Made by a program: the position numbers and the translations under genes. The notes beneath the pieces are model-generated. The model did no database searches and was not told where the DNA came from. It saw only the letters and a program-made list of their open reading frames with translations. DNA of 63,713 nucleotides, filler included, from Thraustochytrium aureum (lineage: Eukaryota), in the NCBI GenBank assembly GCA_012862495.1. It is 10 parts of 6 records of this genome, joined end to end, with 100 filler letters (N's around TTAATTAATTAA, not from the genome) between each part and the next. Parts side by side here need not be neighbours in the genome. Positions count along the whole stretch, not along the records: positions 22,011 to 33,496 come from BLSG01000113.1; positions 33,597 to 46,167 come from BLSG01000113.1; 8 more parts are not named here. One strand, 5' to 3'. Shown here one piece after another: positions 23,711 to 35,986 of this stretch. Position 1 is the stretch's first letter. Each line of letters begins with the position of its first letter.

Positions 23711-26152
23711 GGCAGGAGGGAGAGTCGCGCTGGGCGAAGGGCGCGCTGGCCGAGAGGCGTGGCGCGCCCGAGGAAATTGCTGCTCTGGGGGACGCGGCTG
23801 CGCTGCCAGACTGGACAGAGAAGGCCTTTGCGGGCTCGCAGAAAGCCAATATTGATTGGACGGGCGGGGGCCGCGAGGCCCACAGGGACCGAGCGTCTGG
23901 AAAGGTGGAATCGTGGTCCGGGGGCGCGGCCCGGCTGCGAGTCGCGCGGCTGAGCCTGAGAGCGCAAGGGATGTTACAGGAAACCGCCAGCGCCTTCGTG
24001 CTGAAGGCGAGATGGCTTCGCGCATGGGGCTCCACCTCGCTTTCGGCGCCGCTTATGCTCATGTACTTTTTGATGCTGATGATGAACACACTATTACGCG
24101 ATACCAAGGACACGCTGTTGGTGACGAGCCAAGCGGGCGTGGAGGCCATCCCAATCCTCAAGTCGTGGGTGGTCATTCCATGCTCGTTCCTGTATTTCGT
24201 GGTGTACTACAAGCTGTCCGGGATTTTGGGCCCACGCACGCTGTTCATCACGATCCTATCGCTCTTCAACGGGTTTTACTTTGCCTTTGCGCTCGTGCTT
24301 TATCCTCGCCAGTACGCGTTGGTTCCTTCGGCGCTGAGCGCGGCCCTGCACGAGGTGCTCCCAGAGAACGCGCGCCCACTCCAGCACCTTGTGGAGAACT
24401 GGCTTTTAGGCGTGTTCTACTGCGTCAGCGAGCTCTACGCCTCTGCTGTGTGCCAGTTCATGTTCTGGCAAGTCGCGAACAACGTGGTTTCGCTCGACCA
24501 GGCCAAGTCGATCTATCCGCTCGTGGGCGCGATGGGCAACATGGGAATGGTCTGTGCGGGCTACATGCTGCGCCTCTTTGCCAACCAGCGCGACATTGTA
24601 GCTGCCAGTGCCTACTTGCGCATTTCGAGCGAGACCAACCTAGAGGTGGCGCTCGCCCCGCGGGCCACGCAGCCGGCGAGCACGCGCAGGGCTTGCCGGC
24701 GCCGTTTACGGGGGCTCGCTGCAGCCGCCGATCGACGTCGCGCCAGGCGGGCTAGGAGCCGCGTACGCGCTAATGAGCAGCCTACTGCTCCCCGACCCCG
24801 TAACCTCGCAGATGCGGCCCTTGGACGAGGCTTGGCAAGGAACCTTGTTGGGGATCTCCCTGATGCTTGCAGCGTCCACCGCTGTGATCATCTTGACGTA
24901 CGACTCGCTCAAGGCCCGCAAGGATCGCCTCGACGCGGCAGCAGAGCACATGGAGCCCGCGGCATGGAACGACCCGGCCGTTCAACCTGAGCAAGTCTCT
25001 GGTCCTGTGGAGGAGTTCGAAGAGCTGATCAAGCCGCGCAGTCTCAGCTTCAACTCCAACGCGCACGATGGAAATGGGAGCGGTCACACCGTCAAGCGAC
25101 GAACTGGAAGCGGAACGCACGAGCCTCGCGCGGGCCCCCTTTTTGCGGCCTCGCATGCCGCCATCGAACAGATCGCAATCAGCTCCAACCAGGCCACGCC
25201 GAGCAACTCGTCTCCACTGTCGATCGGGCATATGGCTGTGGGTTCGACGTTGTCCGCGTCGCATGCGCAGACGTCAGAGTCTGGCTCGGTCTCCTCGGGC
25301 ATCCCGGCAACGAACACGAAATACTGGGTCCCCGAGACTGGATCATCTGCAGCGCACGGAAACCAAAGCTTTGGCCAGAGAGGTCCCAAAGGAAAGCCGC
25401 CCAAGGCCAAGGTGTCCCTGATCGAGGGTTTGCGCACGCTGTCCAAGTCGACGCCGCTGCGTTGCGCGGCCACCCTGGTGGTTTCGTACGGGATCGCCAT
25501 TAGCCTCGTTGAAGTGTCGTGGAAGGGCCAGGTGAAAAAGTCTCTGGAAAGTCCCAACGACTACTCGCGTTTCATGGGGATGTTTTGGACTCTCACCGGG
25601 CTCGTGTCGATGCTCTTCATGCTCATAGGGCGGGTCGTGCTGCAGCGCATTGGCTACGCCCCCGCGGTGTTGTTCACTCCAGCGAGCATGGCCATTGCGG
25701 GCACGCTTTTCTTCATCGTGTCGATTGTGCAGGACGTGTCGAGGTCGGGGGCTCCTGAAGGGCTCCGCCCCAACGACACGATCGCCTGGTCGGCTTACTT
25801 TGGCGGTGCCGCTGTGCTCTTTGCCAAGTCGGCCAAGTACGCGTTCTTCGACGCGACCAAGGAGATTATCTTTATCCCTCTAGACGAGGACTCCAAGAAC
25901 CTGGGCAAAGCGGCTATTGATGTCGTGGCATACCGGCTCTCAAAGTCTGGGGGCTCGTTCGTGCTGCAGATGGTTATTGTTGTCTTTGGCTCTGTGAGCA
26001 CCACCATGGGCATATTGCCCATCGCATTAGTTTTCGGGTTTGTCGTCGTTGCGTGGATCCGCGCAGCCATCTTGGCCAGCAAGTTTATCAACCAGACCGG
26101 GGCCGCGCAACGGAGTGGCGACGACTTGCTAGCCGGTCAGCACGTCGTCTGA
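23711..26152 (+). CDS. ATP/ADP translocase, TLC/NTT family (5' end in gap; frameshift ~24655-24700)
   Basis: LLRDTKDTLLVTSQAGVEAIPILKSWV, YCVSELYAS, FWQVANNV..AKSIYPL, YGIAISLVEVSWK, KSAKYAFFDATKEIIFIPLDEDSK and GKAAIDVVAYRLSKSGG are TLC signature motifs. Confidence 0.92.
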
Positions 26153-27552
26153 CACCGACGGGGTTGCCGGCTCGCATGGGCCTTGCTCCTGGCGCGGCCG
26201 CCCACGAACGGCGAAGAGGTAGATGCTGCGCTCTCTAGATAGAGTTTAGGCTCACGCTCCGCAGCCGTAGCATTTATCGTTCCTGTCAACAGATTCACCT
26301 TTGTTTCTTTCTCAATCAAGATTGCGCTATCTATAGATGTACAACAGTCCGCGGTGCGGCCAGGCGATCCAATCACCTAGCAGCTACGCGGCAGACGGCG
26401 CTTTCGAGCAGCTCTTGCGGCGGCCAAAGTAAGATCTGGTCTGTGAAGCGCAAGGCACAACGTCGCCCGTGTCAGCGTCCGTGCCAGCAAAACAGGCGCC
26501 TCCCTCTCCTGGACAGCAGCGTCCACAGCAAAATGTAGCGAGGCTCCGGGGCATCAGCGCCGTGGATAGGCAGCGGCGATGCACGTTAAAAGCCAAGCGA
26601 TATCTTCCTGTGCATCAAACCTTCCGTCCCCTAGGTAAAAGGGTCGGCTGGTAGTTTCCACAGGGTACCCTGCCGCTCACGCCCACCTCTCACTCACCTG
26701 ACGCATGCCCATTCGATGAAAGTCGGGCGCCGATCATCACGGCCACCGCCGAGGATCAGGCCCAGATGGTTGCGCGAGGCACTCGACGTCGCCANNNNNN
26801 NNNNNNNNNNNNNNNNNNNNNNNNNNNNNNNNNNNNNNNNNNNNNNNNNNNNNNNNNNNNNNNNNNNNNNNNNNNNNNNNNNNNNNNNNNNNNNNNNNNN
26901 NNNNNNNNNNNNNNNNNNNNNNNNNNNNNNNNNNNNNNNNNNNNNNNNNNNNNNNNNNNNNNNNNNNNNNNNNTCGATGATGGGTGTCTGTCTGCTGCCT
27001 GCCTGCCAGCTTTTGCCAGAGACATCCATTCCAATCCACCAAACCAACTGGTGGCCATCCATTCCAGCTGGCGCGTCCACACATTCCCGCGCACCTTCGC
27101 GAGTAAACATTTGCGGCCAGCGAGGACACCCTACAAAATCCCAGTGACTTTGACGACGAATGGGGCGGGCTTGCGTGACACAAGGCGCGACGAGTGTGCG
27201 TCCGCTGGGGATGATGGTGCAGGCGAGGATCGAGAGGCGAGCCTGGCTGGCATCATCGGTCTGTGCACCGAGTGCTGGATCTGCGTAATCCTGCCCTGCT
27301 AGTGGTGCCTCGCCCGCGCCGGAGATCGATGGCGACTATTGGCTTGGGCTGACGAAATTGGGAGCTGTTGTGGCACATGCTGACGAAATGAATGCCCCGC
27401 CCGTGGTTGTTGGATCCTTCTTGCTGCGCCGTATTGCAAGAGGGCTGGGCTCGTGGCGCTCTGTCGCAGAGCAGACAGATCCGGAACTCGAGCTGGCCGG
27501 CGAAATCGAACGGGGACCGCCGGCGACCAGCGAAGGGAGCGGGGCTTGCGAG

Positions 27553-28379
27553 ATGGGCGATACAGCCGCTGCCGACAAGGGCGCCAGCAGCGACCCGCAT
27601 GAGGGCGCGGAGGTCGAGCAGCATGCTGGAGGGCCTCTCAAGCTGTACAGCTCGCCGATGGCGCCAAACCCGCGACGCGTTCGTGTTTTCGCAGCAGAGC
27701 TAGGCCTCGAACACTTGTACTCGCTGGTCGAAGGTCGACATGCGCAAGGGCGAGCACAAGGCTGAGGCCCACGTCGCGAAAAACCCGTGGGGGCAGATCC
27801 CGGTCCTCGAGCTTGAGGACGGCCAATGCCTAAGCGAGTCGGTGGCCATCTGCCGCTACTTTGGAAGAGCAATACGGCCGAGGCTCGTCCTCGCGGAGCC
27901 TTTTTGGCGAAACGCCCTTGGAGCGAGCCCAGGTCGAGCAGTGGAACCGCCGGATCGAGTTTCAACTGTTCATGCAGGGCATTGGCAAGGTCTGGGTGCA
28001 CAACCCGCTGCTCGCCAAGCTGGCAAAGAAGAACGGCATGAAGCAACGCGTGTCCGAGCGCGACCTCGGCCAGCGGCAGTGCGCGGCGCAGTTTAAGCTG
28101 CTGGACGAGCAGCTCGCCAAGACTGGGGCGTTCGTTGCTGGGGATCACCTGTCCGTCGCGGATATCACGCTTCTCTGCGCGCTTGACTTTGGCACCGGTC
28201 TTGCGGGGGTCTCCACCTACAAGCCCTCCAAGTACAAGAACATCGAGGCGTGGCACAAGCGCATGGGCGGGCGAGCCTCGGTCGTCCAGCACCCCAACCC
28301 GTACGTTGGCGCAAAGTTTACGGCGCTGCGCGGTGCACTCGGGGTGGCCTCTGCCATCAAGAGGGTGACCAGCGTCCTT
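27553..28379 (+). CDS. Glutathione S-transferase, GTT2-like (two single-base frameshifts; 3' end at gap; start uncertain)
   Basis: LKLYSSPMAPNPRRVRVF, then VDMRKGEHK..KNPWGQIPVLELEDGQCLSESVAICRY, then LFGETPLERAQVEQWNRR...FVAGDHLSVADITLLCALDF, read across three frames (indels ~27732 and ~27861). Confidence 0.88.
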
Positions 28380-28630
28380 NNNNNNNNNNNNNNNNNNNNN
28401 NNNNNNNNNNNNNNNNNNNNNNNNNNNNNNNNNNNNNNNNNNNNNNNNNNNNNNNNNNNNNNNNNNNNNNNNNNNNNNNNNNNNNNNNNNNNNNNNNNNN
28501 NNNNNNNNNNNNNNNNNNNNNNNNNNNNNNNNNNNNNNNNNNNNNNNNNNNNNGAGATCCTACACGTAATTACACATCCATCTACTCACTCTACAGCGCA
28601 AATGCATCCTTCGTCGATTCCAGCGACGGT

Positions 28631-31473
28631 TCAGGCTTCGGGGCCAAGAACCAGGGTGCCTCCTGTCGCGCCGCGTGGCACGCCAACGTCGATCGCAGAA
28701 CAGGACGGCCCCCATCCCCACGAATACGCCTCGACCGACTTTTCCCAAGGAGGTGATTGGCAGACCTCGGCGAACGGGGGTGGCGCGCCCGCCTCGGCCT
28801 CGAGCTCACCAAAGTCACTCAACACACGCTGCGCGTGCCAGAGGCGCGTCCACTCTAGCCTGAGACCAGGTGCTGTCAAAAGTGCGAGAAACGCACCTAC
28901 GTCGAGACCTTGCGCTTCGCCCACCGAGGAGGCCGCGACGCCCTCGCCAAGCTCGAGAAACCGCAGACCGGCGGGTTCCGCCGGCGCAGCAGCGCAAGCC
29001 TCGGCGAGGGCGGCGGCAAGGGCCTGCCAACGGCGAATCCCGACGTTGACCGCGCGGAGGTGGCGCAAGTGGCAACTTGCCGCGACCAGCTCACAAAACG
29101 ACTGCATCACTGCGAGCGACTCGAGCTGCGGGCCGCCCATGATCTTGCCGTTGTCACTGATGTCCAGATGCACGAGTTCGGGCGCGGCTGCCAGAGGTAT
29201 GGCTACGAGTCCATCGAAAAGCCGGCGCGCCGTGCCGCTCTCCATTTCGCAGTGCGCCAAGTCGAGCGTCCTGAGGCGCGCCAGGCGCCCTGCTGCGAGC
29301 GCGCGAGTGAGCGACACAAAGTCCACAACCCCCAAGAACGAGCAGCCACGAAGGGACAGAACGCAGAGCTCGCTCACCAAGGGCGCATCCCGCAGGACGT
29401 CGAATCGCGCTCGGCCCGCGAGCACGACATTTCTGCCTCGAAGCTCAACGCGAGTGAGGTCTGCCTCCCGAAGCGCCGGATGCAACTGCACCGTCTCGAG
29501 CGCGCTGAACAATGAGCGCTTGTTGCGAACGAGCAGTCCCGCAGCGTCAGCTTGGCGAGGTGCTTGGCCTTGGTGGCGCCCTCGAGGACGCTTTGCAAGC
29601 CCAGCCAGACGAGTGCGTCTCGCTGGTCCTGCACCCGGCACGCGCGCCGAGGCTGCTTTTCGTCGGTGCCTGCCTCGGGCAAACAGGTCATGCAGCCGTC
29701 CAGAACAAGCACCTCGAGCGAGCTACATCGGGAGAGAAGGGCGCCCAGACGCTTTGCGCACCGAGCGCCGCGCTCTTGGTTCATGGCGCACAAGTCGGTT
29801 TCGCGAGGCGCCGCTTCTTCTCCCTGCGGCGAGTCCGGCGTGCCCCATGGCCTGCCTGCCTCAAATCGCCTTTGCCGCACGGGCGACCCTGGCTCGCCCT
29901 CGCAGCGGCACTCGTCCACCAAAACGTCCAAGTCCTCGAGTCGGAGCTCGACGAGCGACTCCTTTGCTGGCCCGTCTGCCAGCGCGACGAACAGGCGGGC
30001 AAGGGTATCCCGCCGGATCCGCTCGTCTCCGCAGCTTTGGCCGAGCTGCAGGGTCCGCAGCGCGTCCAAGCGGCGAAAGGGCAGCGCGAGGGGGTCCAGA
30101 TTCGAAAGGGCGTTCAGCCCGAGTCGAAGCGACCGTATCGCACCGCTTGCGCACCAGAGCAGCGCCGCGAGAACCTCCAGGTCCTCATCGTCAATGCCAA
30201 GAGCGTCGAGCTCTGCGTCGTTCTGGGTGCCCGGCGTCGCGGGGAGCTGGTCGAGGACCGTGGCCAGGCCCAGGTTTGGCTCGAGTCTACTGCGCGCCGC
30301 CACAAAGGCGCCTGGGGAGCGCGGGGCCCAACGCGCACGCTCGCGGCACAGTGCGCGAAAGACGTCTCCTAGCGTCCGGTCGCCGCGAAAGACGATGTGA
30401 GCGTCGGCGACGAACGCGAGCTCTCCGCTCGGGCTTGTGGGAAGCTTAAAGAGGTCCTGCGAGCGACCGAGGGGACCGGCAACAGCGTCCTCGGAGCGCC
30501 CGGGGCGCTCTCCGCCTGCTGTCGCTGCGCAGGCGACCTGGAGATCGACAACCTTGCACTTTGCGCCCGCCTCTTTCGGGCACGACTTGCCGTTCACGCT
30601 TGAGCAGACGAGGCGCTCAAGCAAGCTGAACATCTGCTGTCCTTGGCCGATTGCGAGAGTTGGGGTGTGGCCGCGCGACCCCTTGGAGACCAAGTACGCC
30701 TTGGTCGCCTCCTTGTCCTCTTTCGATGCGCTTTGCGGCTGCAGAAAGCTGTAAAAGTGCAAGGGACCCACCACGGCGCGCGCCCCTCTGTACTCAAACC
30801 GCGTTGCAGACCGGGAGCCCGGCGAGAGCCGTGTCGTCGGCGTGGCCTCTTCGTCTCTGCTACCGAGCTCACATGGGTCGTCGCACGTGCCGTCGGGCCC
30901 TTGCTCTGGTCGTGGGCGCGACGCTGCGCGGCCAGGCTCAGGCTCTGACGGCCCTGGGCGAGACCGCTTTGGCGGCCGTGTCTTGTCTGCGTCTGCTCCA
31001 GGTGTTCGGCGGACTGCAATGAGAACTTTTCGCGCCGCAGTGCCGTGCATGCTCAGGGCGGTTCGAAGGCCCTTGTCCACCTCGTCTAGGGTCGCGCTGA
31101 TTCGAGACAGCTCGTGAGCGAGCCTCTCTAGGCGTGCGCCCTGCTTGCTGCGGCAGCCTTGCGCAGCGTTGAGGGACTCCAGCCGCCTGTACAGCATATC
31201 GCCGACCTCCGCCCCGTCCGGCTCGTCCACAAACAGGCCCACACGCTTGCCGGCTTCCTCCTTGCACTTTCGGCACCCTGGCCCAAAGTCTGCGCCGTGC
31301 CTGCACGCCCCGCCGAGCCTGAGCCGTTTGCTGGCGGTCTCCAGCGCGCCGAGCTTGACCTTGCCGCCTCCAGGCGCGCCTGGAGCGCTCCGACGGCCTC
31401 TGCATCCTCCACGCGCTCCTTGACGTACGCGTGCGCTGCCTCTTCGACTTGGACCAGCTCACCTTGCACTTGC
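28631..31473 (-). CDS. Leucine-rich repeat (RNI-like) protein with N-terminal coiled coil (frameshifts; 5' end in gap)
   Basis: Repeated LxxLxL motifs: IRSLRLGLNAL, LRTLQLG, LVELRLEDL, LEVLVLDGC, LAKLTLRDC, LRTLDLAHC, LVHLDISDN and LRFLELG, across ORFs 29374-31242 and 28631-29641. Confidence 0.65.
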
Positions 31474-32717
31474 NNNNNNNNNNNNNNNNNNNNNNNNNNN
31501 NNNNNNNNNNNNNNNNNNNNNNNNNNNNNNNNNNNNNNNNNNNNNNNNNNNNNNNNNNNNNNNNNNNNNNNNNNNNNNNNNNNNNNNNNNNNNNNNNNNN
31601 NNNNNNNNNNNNNNNNNNNNNNNNNNNNNNNNNNNNNNNNNNNNNNNNNNNNNNNNNNNNNNNNNNNNNNNNNNNNNNNNNNNNNNNNNNNNNNNNNNNN
31701 NNNNNNNNNNNNNNNNNNNNNNNNNNNNNNNNNNNNNNNNNNNNNNNNNNNNNNNNNNNNNNNNNNNNNNNNNNNNNNNNNNNNNNNNNNNNNNNNNNNN
31801 NNNNNNNNNNNNNNNNNNNNNNNNNNNNNNNNNNNNNNNNNNNNNNNNNNNNNNNNNNNNNNNNNNNNNNNNNNNNNNNNNNNNNNNNNNNNNNNNNNNN
31901 NNNNNNNNNNNNNNNNNNNNNNNNNNNNNNNNNNNNNNNNNNNNNNNNNNNNNNNNNNNNNNNNNNNNNNNNNNNNNNNNNNNNNNNNNNNNNNNNNNNN
32001 NNNNNNNNNNNNNNNNNNNNNNNNNNNNNNNNNNNNNNNNNNNNNNNNNNNNNNNNNNNNNNNNNNNNNNNNNNNNNNNNNNNNNNNNNNNNNNNNNNNN
32101 NNNNNNNNNNNNNNNNNNNNCAGCATCAGCACGAGCAGCATCAGCAGGACCACCACCAGGGCCAGGGCCAGCTGCAGGGCCAGCTGCAGGACACCAGCAC
32201 GAGGATGAGCAGGCCCGAATTAGAACGAGACAACCGAGCAAGCCAGATCGATCCTGCACAAATACCACGGCGAGACGCGGACGACGAAAGGTGGACGACG
32301 GGGACTCTGTTCAACACGCTACTCGAATTGGACTCAACCGAGTACTTAATTTGCACGAGTCCCGGAGTCGCGCGTCAAGGATCGATCTCTCGGCTGGGAA
32401 AAGCACCAACTCGACTTTATGTTTACAAAACTTCACTGCGCAGCTCCCCAAAAAGTTGAAACTCCATCCGTTGACGCGGCCAGCCACAAACAGGGCGGGC
32501 CGAATCAATCCCTGCGAACGAGACGCGCTGAGCTGCTTTGCATAATCTCTTGGCCTCGGGCGCAGGAGCGGATCCAGACTGCGAAGAGCCGCCCTTGATG
32601 GCCCGCGGGTGAGCGCCTGGCTTGCTCTGCACCCCGCGAACAAGCCAATCAATCGGAACGGATCGCGGCGGCCGCGCTCACATAGGCTGCGGGAGGTTGG
32701 CGGAAAGCTTGGTAGAG

Positions 32718-33496
32718 CTAGTCATCCAGGTCGTTCGAGTTGGACGAGTTGCCCATGTCGTCCAAACGCTGGTTGAGCTGCACCGGGACGCTGAAGCGGA
32801 TGTAGGTCGCGAGGGCGCCGCAGAGCGCCGCGAGAAAGAAGAACGAGAGGCAGTAGTTGAAGGGCGGCACGGTGATCTCGTTGTTCACGGACCAAGCGAA
32901 AAGCACGCCTGCGCAGACCGGGCCCAGGGCCTTGTAGATGCTGCCCATCCCTATCACCAGACCGTTGACCGTAGCGCGCTCATTGACCATGCAGCAGTTG
33001 TTGACCATGATGTTGGCCTGCGTGAAGAGCACAAGGTTGAGTATGTTTTGGACGCCGCGCTGAACCGTGAGAACCACAATGATGCCTAGCGCATCGGTGA
33101 TTGGGAGCTGGGCCACGAACGGCAGCTGTACATAGTAGACGATGGACCAGAGGCAGCCCCTCGTTGCAAAGTCGATGGGTTTCCAGCGCGAGGCCACGAG
33201 CGGGAAAGCCAAGAGCTGGAAAACGAGCAGGATTACAGCTGAGCCCGAAATAATCATCCCGATCGTTTTGGCGTCCAATCCAAACCCGCCAACGCTTTGC
33301 TTGGCCAGCAGCCACAGGGGAAACAGCTCGCTGATGAAAATGCCAATAAAGCTGTAGAACGAGTACACGTTGCACGCCTTGCGAACGAGTTGGCGCTGCC
33401 AGAGCGCCGAGATCGTCTTCAGGAAGTGGCGAAACTCGGACCCTTCCGTCGCAGGCCGCTCGAGCTCCATAGAAGGAGGCTTGCGCTGGCTCAGCG
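32718..33496 (-). CDS. MFS transporter, ZIFL-like (C-terminal half; truncated by scaffold end)
   Basis: SELFPLWLLAKQSVGGFGLDAKTIG, NNC..NERATVNGL...KALGPVCAGVLFAWS and PPFNYCLSF; six TM segments. Confidence 0.85.
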
Positions 33497-33596
33497 NNNN
33501 NNNNNNNNNNNNNNNNNNNNNNNNNNNNNNNNNNNNNNNNTTAATTAATTAANNNNNNNNNNNNNNNNNNNNNNNNNNNNNNNNNNNNNNNNNNNN

Positions 33597-34457
33597 AGAC
33601 GTGGTGGCTGACCTCTGGTACATGCGCGCAAGGCTCGCCCGTCGGCAGCGCGACCTGCATGCCTGCGTGGCCGCGTGCGAGGAGGCCATGGCGCTCGACG
33701 AATCGCACCAGCTCGCGGCGTTCATGCGGCAGGGCGCCTTGGTCGCGCTGGGCAGAGCCGCAGACCAACAGCCGCAGAACGCGCCCCCGCAGTACGTGCG
33801 CAAACTCTACGACGCATACGCAGAAAAGTTTGACGAGCACCTTGTTGGGGCGCTCGAGTATCGCACGCCGGCCCTCCTGGCCGACGCGCTCCGCAGCTGC
33901 GCGCCCCCGCACGCGCAAGGCATGCCACTGTTCACCGCTTGTGCAGACCTCGGCTGCGGCACTGGCCTTGGCTACGCTGCCCTCGTCAAGGCCGGACTCT
34001 GCAGACCTGGGGGCCGTGGCGTAGACCTGAGCCCCAAAATGGTCGACAAGGCCCGCTCGCTTGGAATCTACGGCGAGCTCGCAGTAGGCGACGTGGCCAC
34101 GTGGCTCGGGGACCAACCGGCCGGTGCATTTGACTTGGTCCTCAGTAGTGACGTCTTTGTGTACATCGGCGAACTCGGCCCCGTCGTCGCAAGCGCAGCG
34201 CGCGCATTGCGGCCAGGTGGCGTCTTTGCGTTCTCGGTCGAGTCTGGCGCAGCGGGCGAGCAACCCGCGACTGGGTTTCAGTTGCAAGCCACACGCCGGT
34301 TCTGTCATTCACGCGAATACGTTTGCCGCCTCTGCGAGGCCGACCACGGCTTTGCGCCCGCGATTATACAGGAGCAGGTCCGCTTGCGCAAGCAAGCCGG
34401 CGAACCCGTTCTCGGAGCCTGTTCGTCTTTCGGAAGAAGTCGCTGCAGCTCGGGTGA
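33597..34457 (+). CDS. TPR-associated class I SAM-dependent methyltransferase, COG4976-like (5' partial; frameshift ~34417)
   Basis: APPQYVRKLYDAYAEKFDEHLVGALEYRTP, DLGCGTG, GVDLSPKMV, FDLVLSSDVFVYIGEL, LRPGGVFAFSVE and RFCHSREYV. The corrected C-terminus is EPVLG[G]LFVFRKKSLQLG*. Confidence 0.85.
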
Positions 34458-35986
34458 CGTAGATCCACCCGCAGCGCGAGCGAGCCGCCGGCCCGCCAGC
34501 CAGCCAGCCAGCCAGCCCGCCTGCCCGCCAGCCAGCCAGCAAAGCCGGGGCGGGTGCGACGCTCGCTCGACCCCTAGGTCGCGGCGGTTCCAGAGCCAGC
34601 GAGCTCTGCGAAGACGCCGGCAAGGTCCAGCAGTTCCCAGCGGCTCGCCGGGTAGATGTGCTTGTTGCGCTCGTACCAGTGGCGCTCGCAAACCTNNNNN
34701 NNNNNNNNNNNNNNNNNNNNNNNNNNNNNNNNNNNNNNNNNNNNNNNNNNNNNNNNNNNNNNNNNNNNNNNNNNNNNNNNNNNNNNNNNNNNNNNNNNNN
34801 NNNNNNNNNNNNNNNNNNNNNNNNNNNNNNNNNNNNNNNNNNNNNNNNNNNNNNNNNNNNNNNNNNNNNNNNNNNNNNNNNNNNNNNNNNNNNNNNNNNN
34901 NNNNNNNNNNNNNNNNNNNNNNNNNNNNNNNNNNNNNNNNNNNNNNNNNNNNNNNNNNNNNNNNNNNNNNNNNNNNNNNNNNNNNNNNNNNNNNNNNNNN
35001 NNNNNNNNNNNNNNNNNNNNNNNNNNNNNNNNNNNNNNNNNNNNNNNNNNNNNNNNNNNNNNNNNNNNNNNNNNNNNNNNNNNNNNNNNNNNNNNNNNNN
35101 NNNNNNNNNNNNNNNNNNNNNNNNNNNNNNNNNNNNNNNNNNNNNNNNNNNNNNNNNNNNNNNNNNNNNNNNNNNNNNNNNNNNNNNNNNNNNNNNNNNN
35201 NNNNNNNNNNNNNNNNNNNNNNNNNNNNNNNNNNNNNNNNNNNNNNNNNNNNNNNNNNNNNNNNNNNNNNNNNNNNNNNNNNNNNNNNNNNNNNNNNNNN
35301 NNNNNNNNNNNNNNNNNNNNNNNNNNNNNNNNNNNNNNNNNNNNNNNNNNNNNNNNNNNNNNNNNNNNNNNNNNNNNNNNNNNNNNNNNNNNNNNNNNNN
35401 NNNNNNNNNNNNNNNNNNNNNNNNNNNNNNNNNNNNNNNNNNNNNNNNNNNNNNNNNNNNNNNNNNNNNNNNNNNNNNNNNNNNNNNNNNNNNNNNNNNN
35501 NNNNNNNNNNNNNNNNNNNNNNNNNNNNNNNNNNNNNNNNNNNNGCTCTGTCCAGCTCGTCCCGCCGATCTCGCGTCTCATACGCACCCACTGTGACGAG
35601 ACACTCTCGCTGGAGCGCACGGCGGCGGACTTCGTGCCGCGTGTGTCAAATTGGGGGTTCATGTGACGTACGAGCTTCGAAACAGGTGCCCGGCGTGTGA
35701 CGCGCAGTGCGGTGTGACATCCAGGGGGTGAGTTACTGTTTGCGGTTGAATTCGAACGGAAGCAGCCTGCGAGGACACGACGTAGTGACGGGTAGGATCG
35801 CTTCGTTACGAGCGTCCCTCGCGTCTCTGGGTTTGAATTCCTCGCCAGACACCGGTCAACAAGGAAGCGCTCGCAGTGCCAAGGCAGGACGCGCTGGCAC
35901 TGGCTGATAGAGGTGGCGCGACGCGAAGGAAGGCCGCCCTGTGCAGGCGCCCCGATCTCGCCAGCTTGCTCGCCAACTGACTCGGG

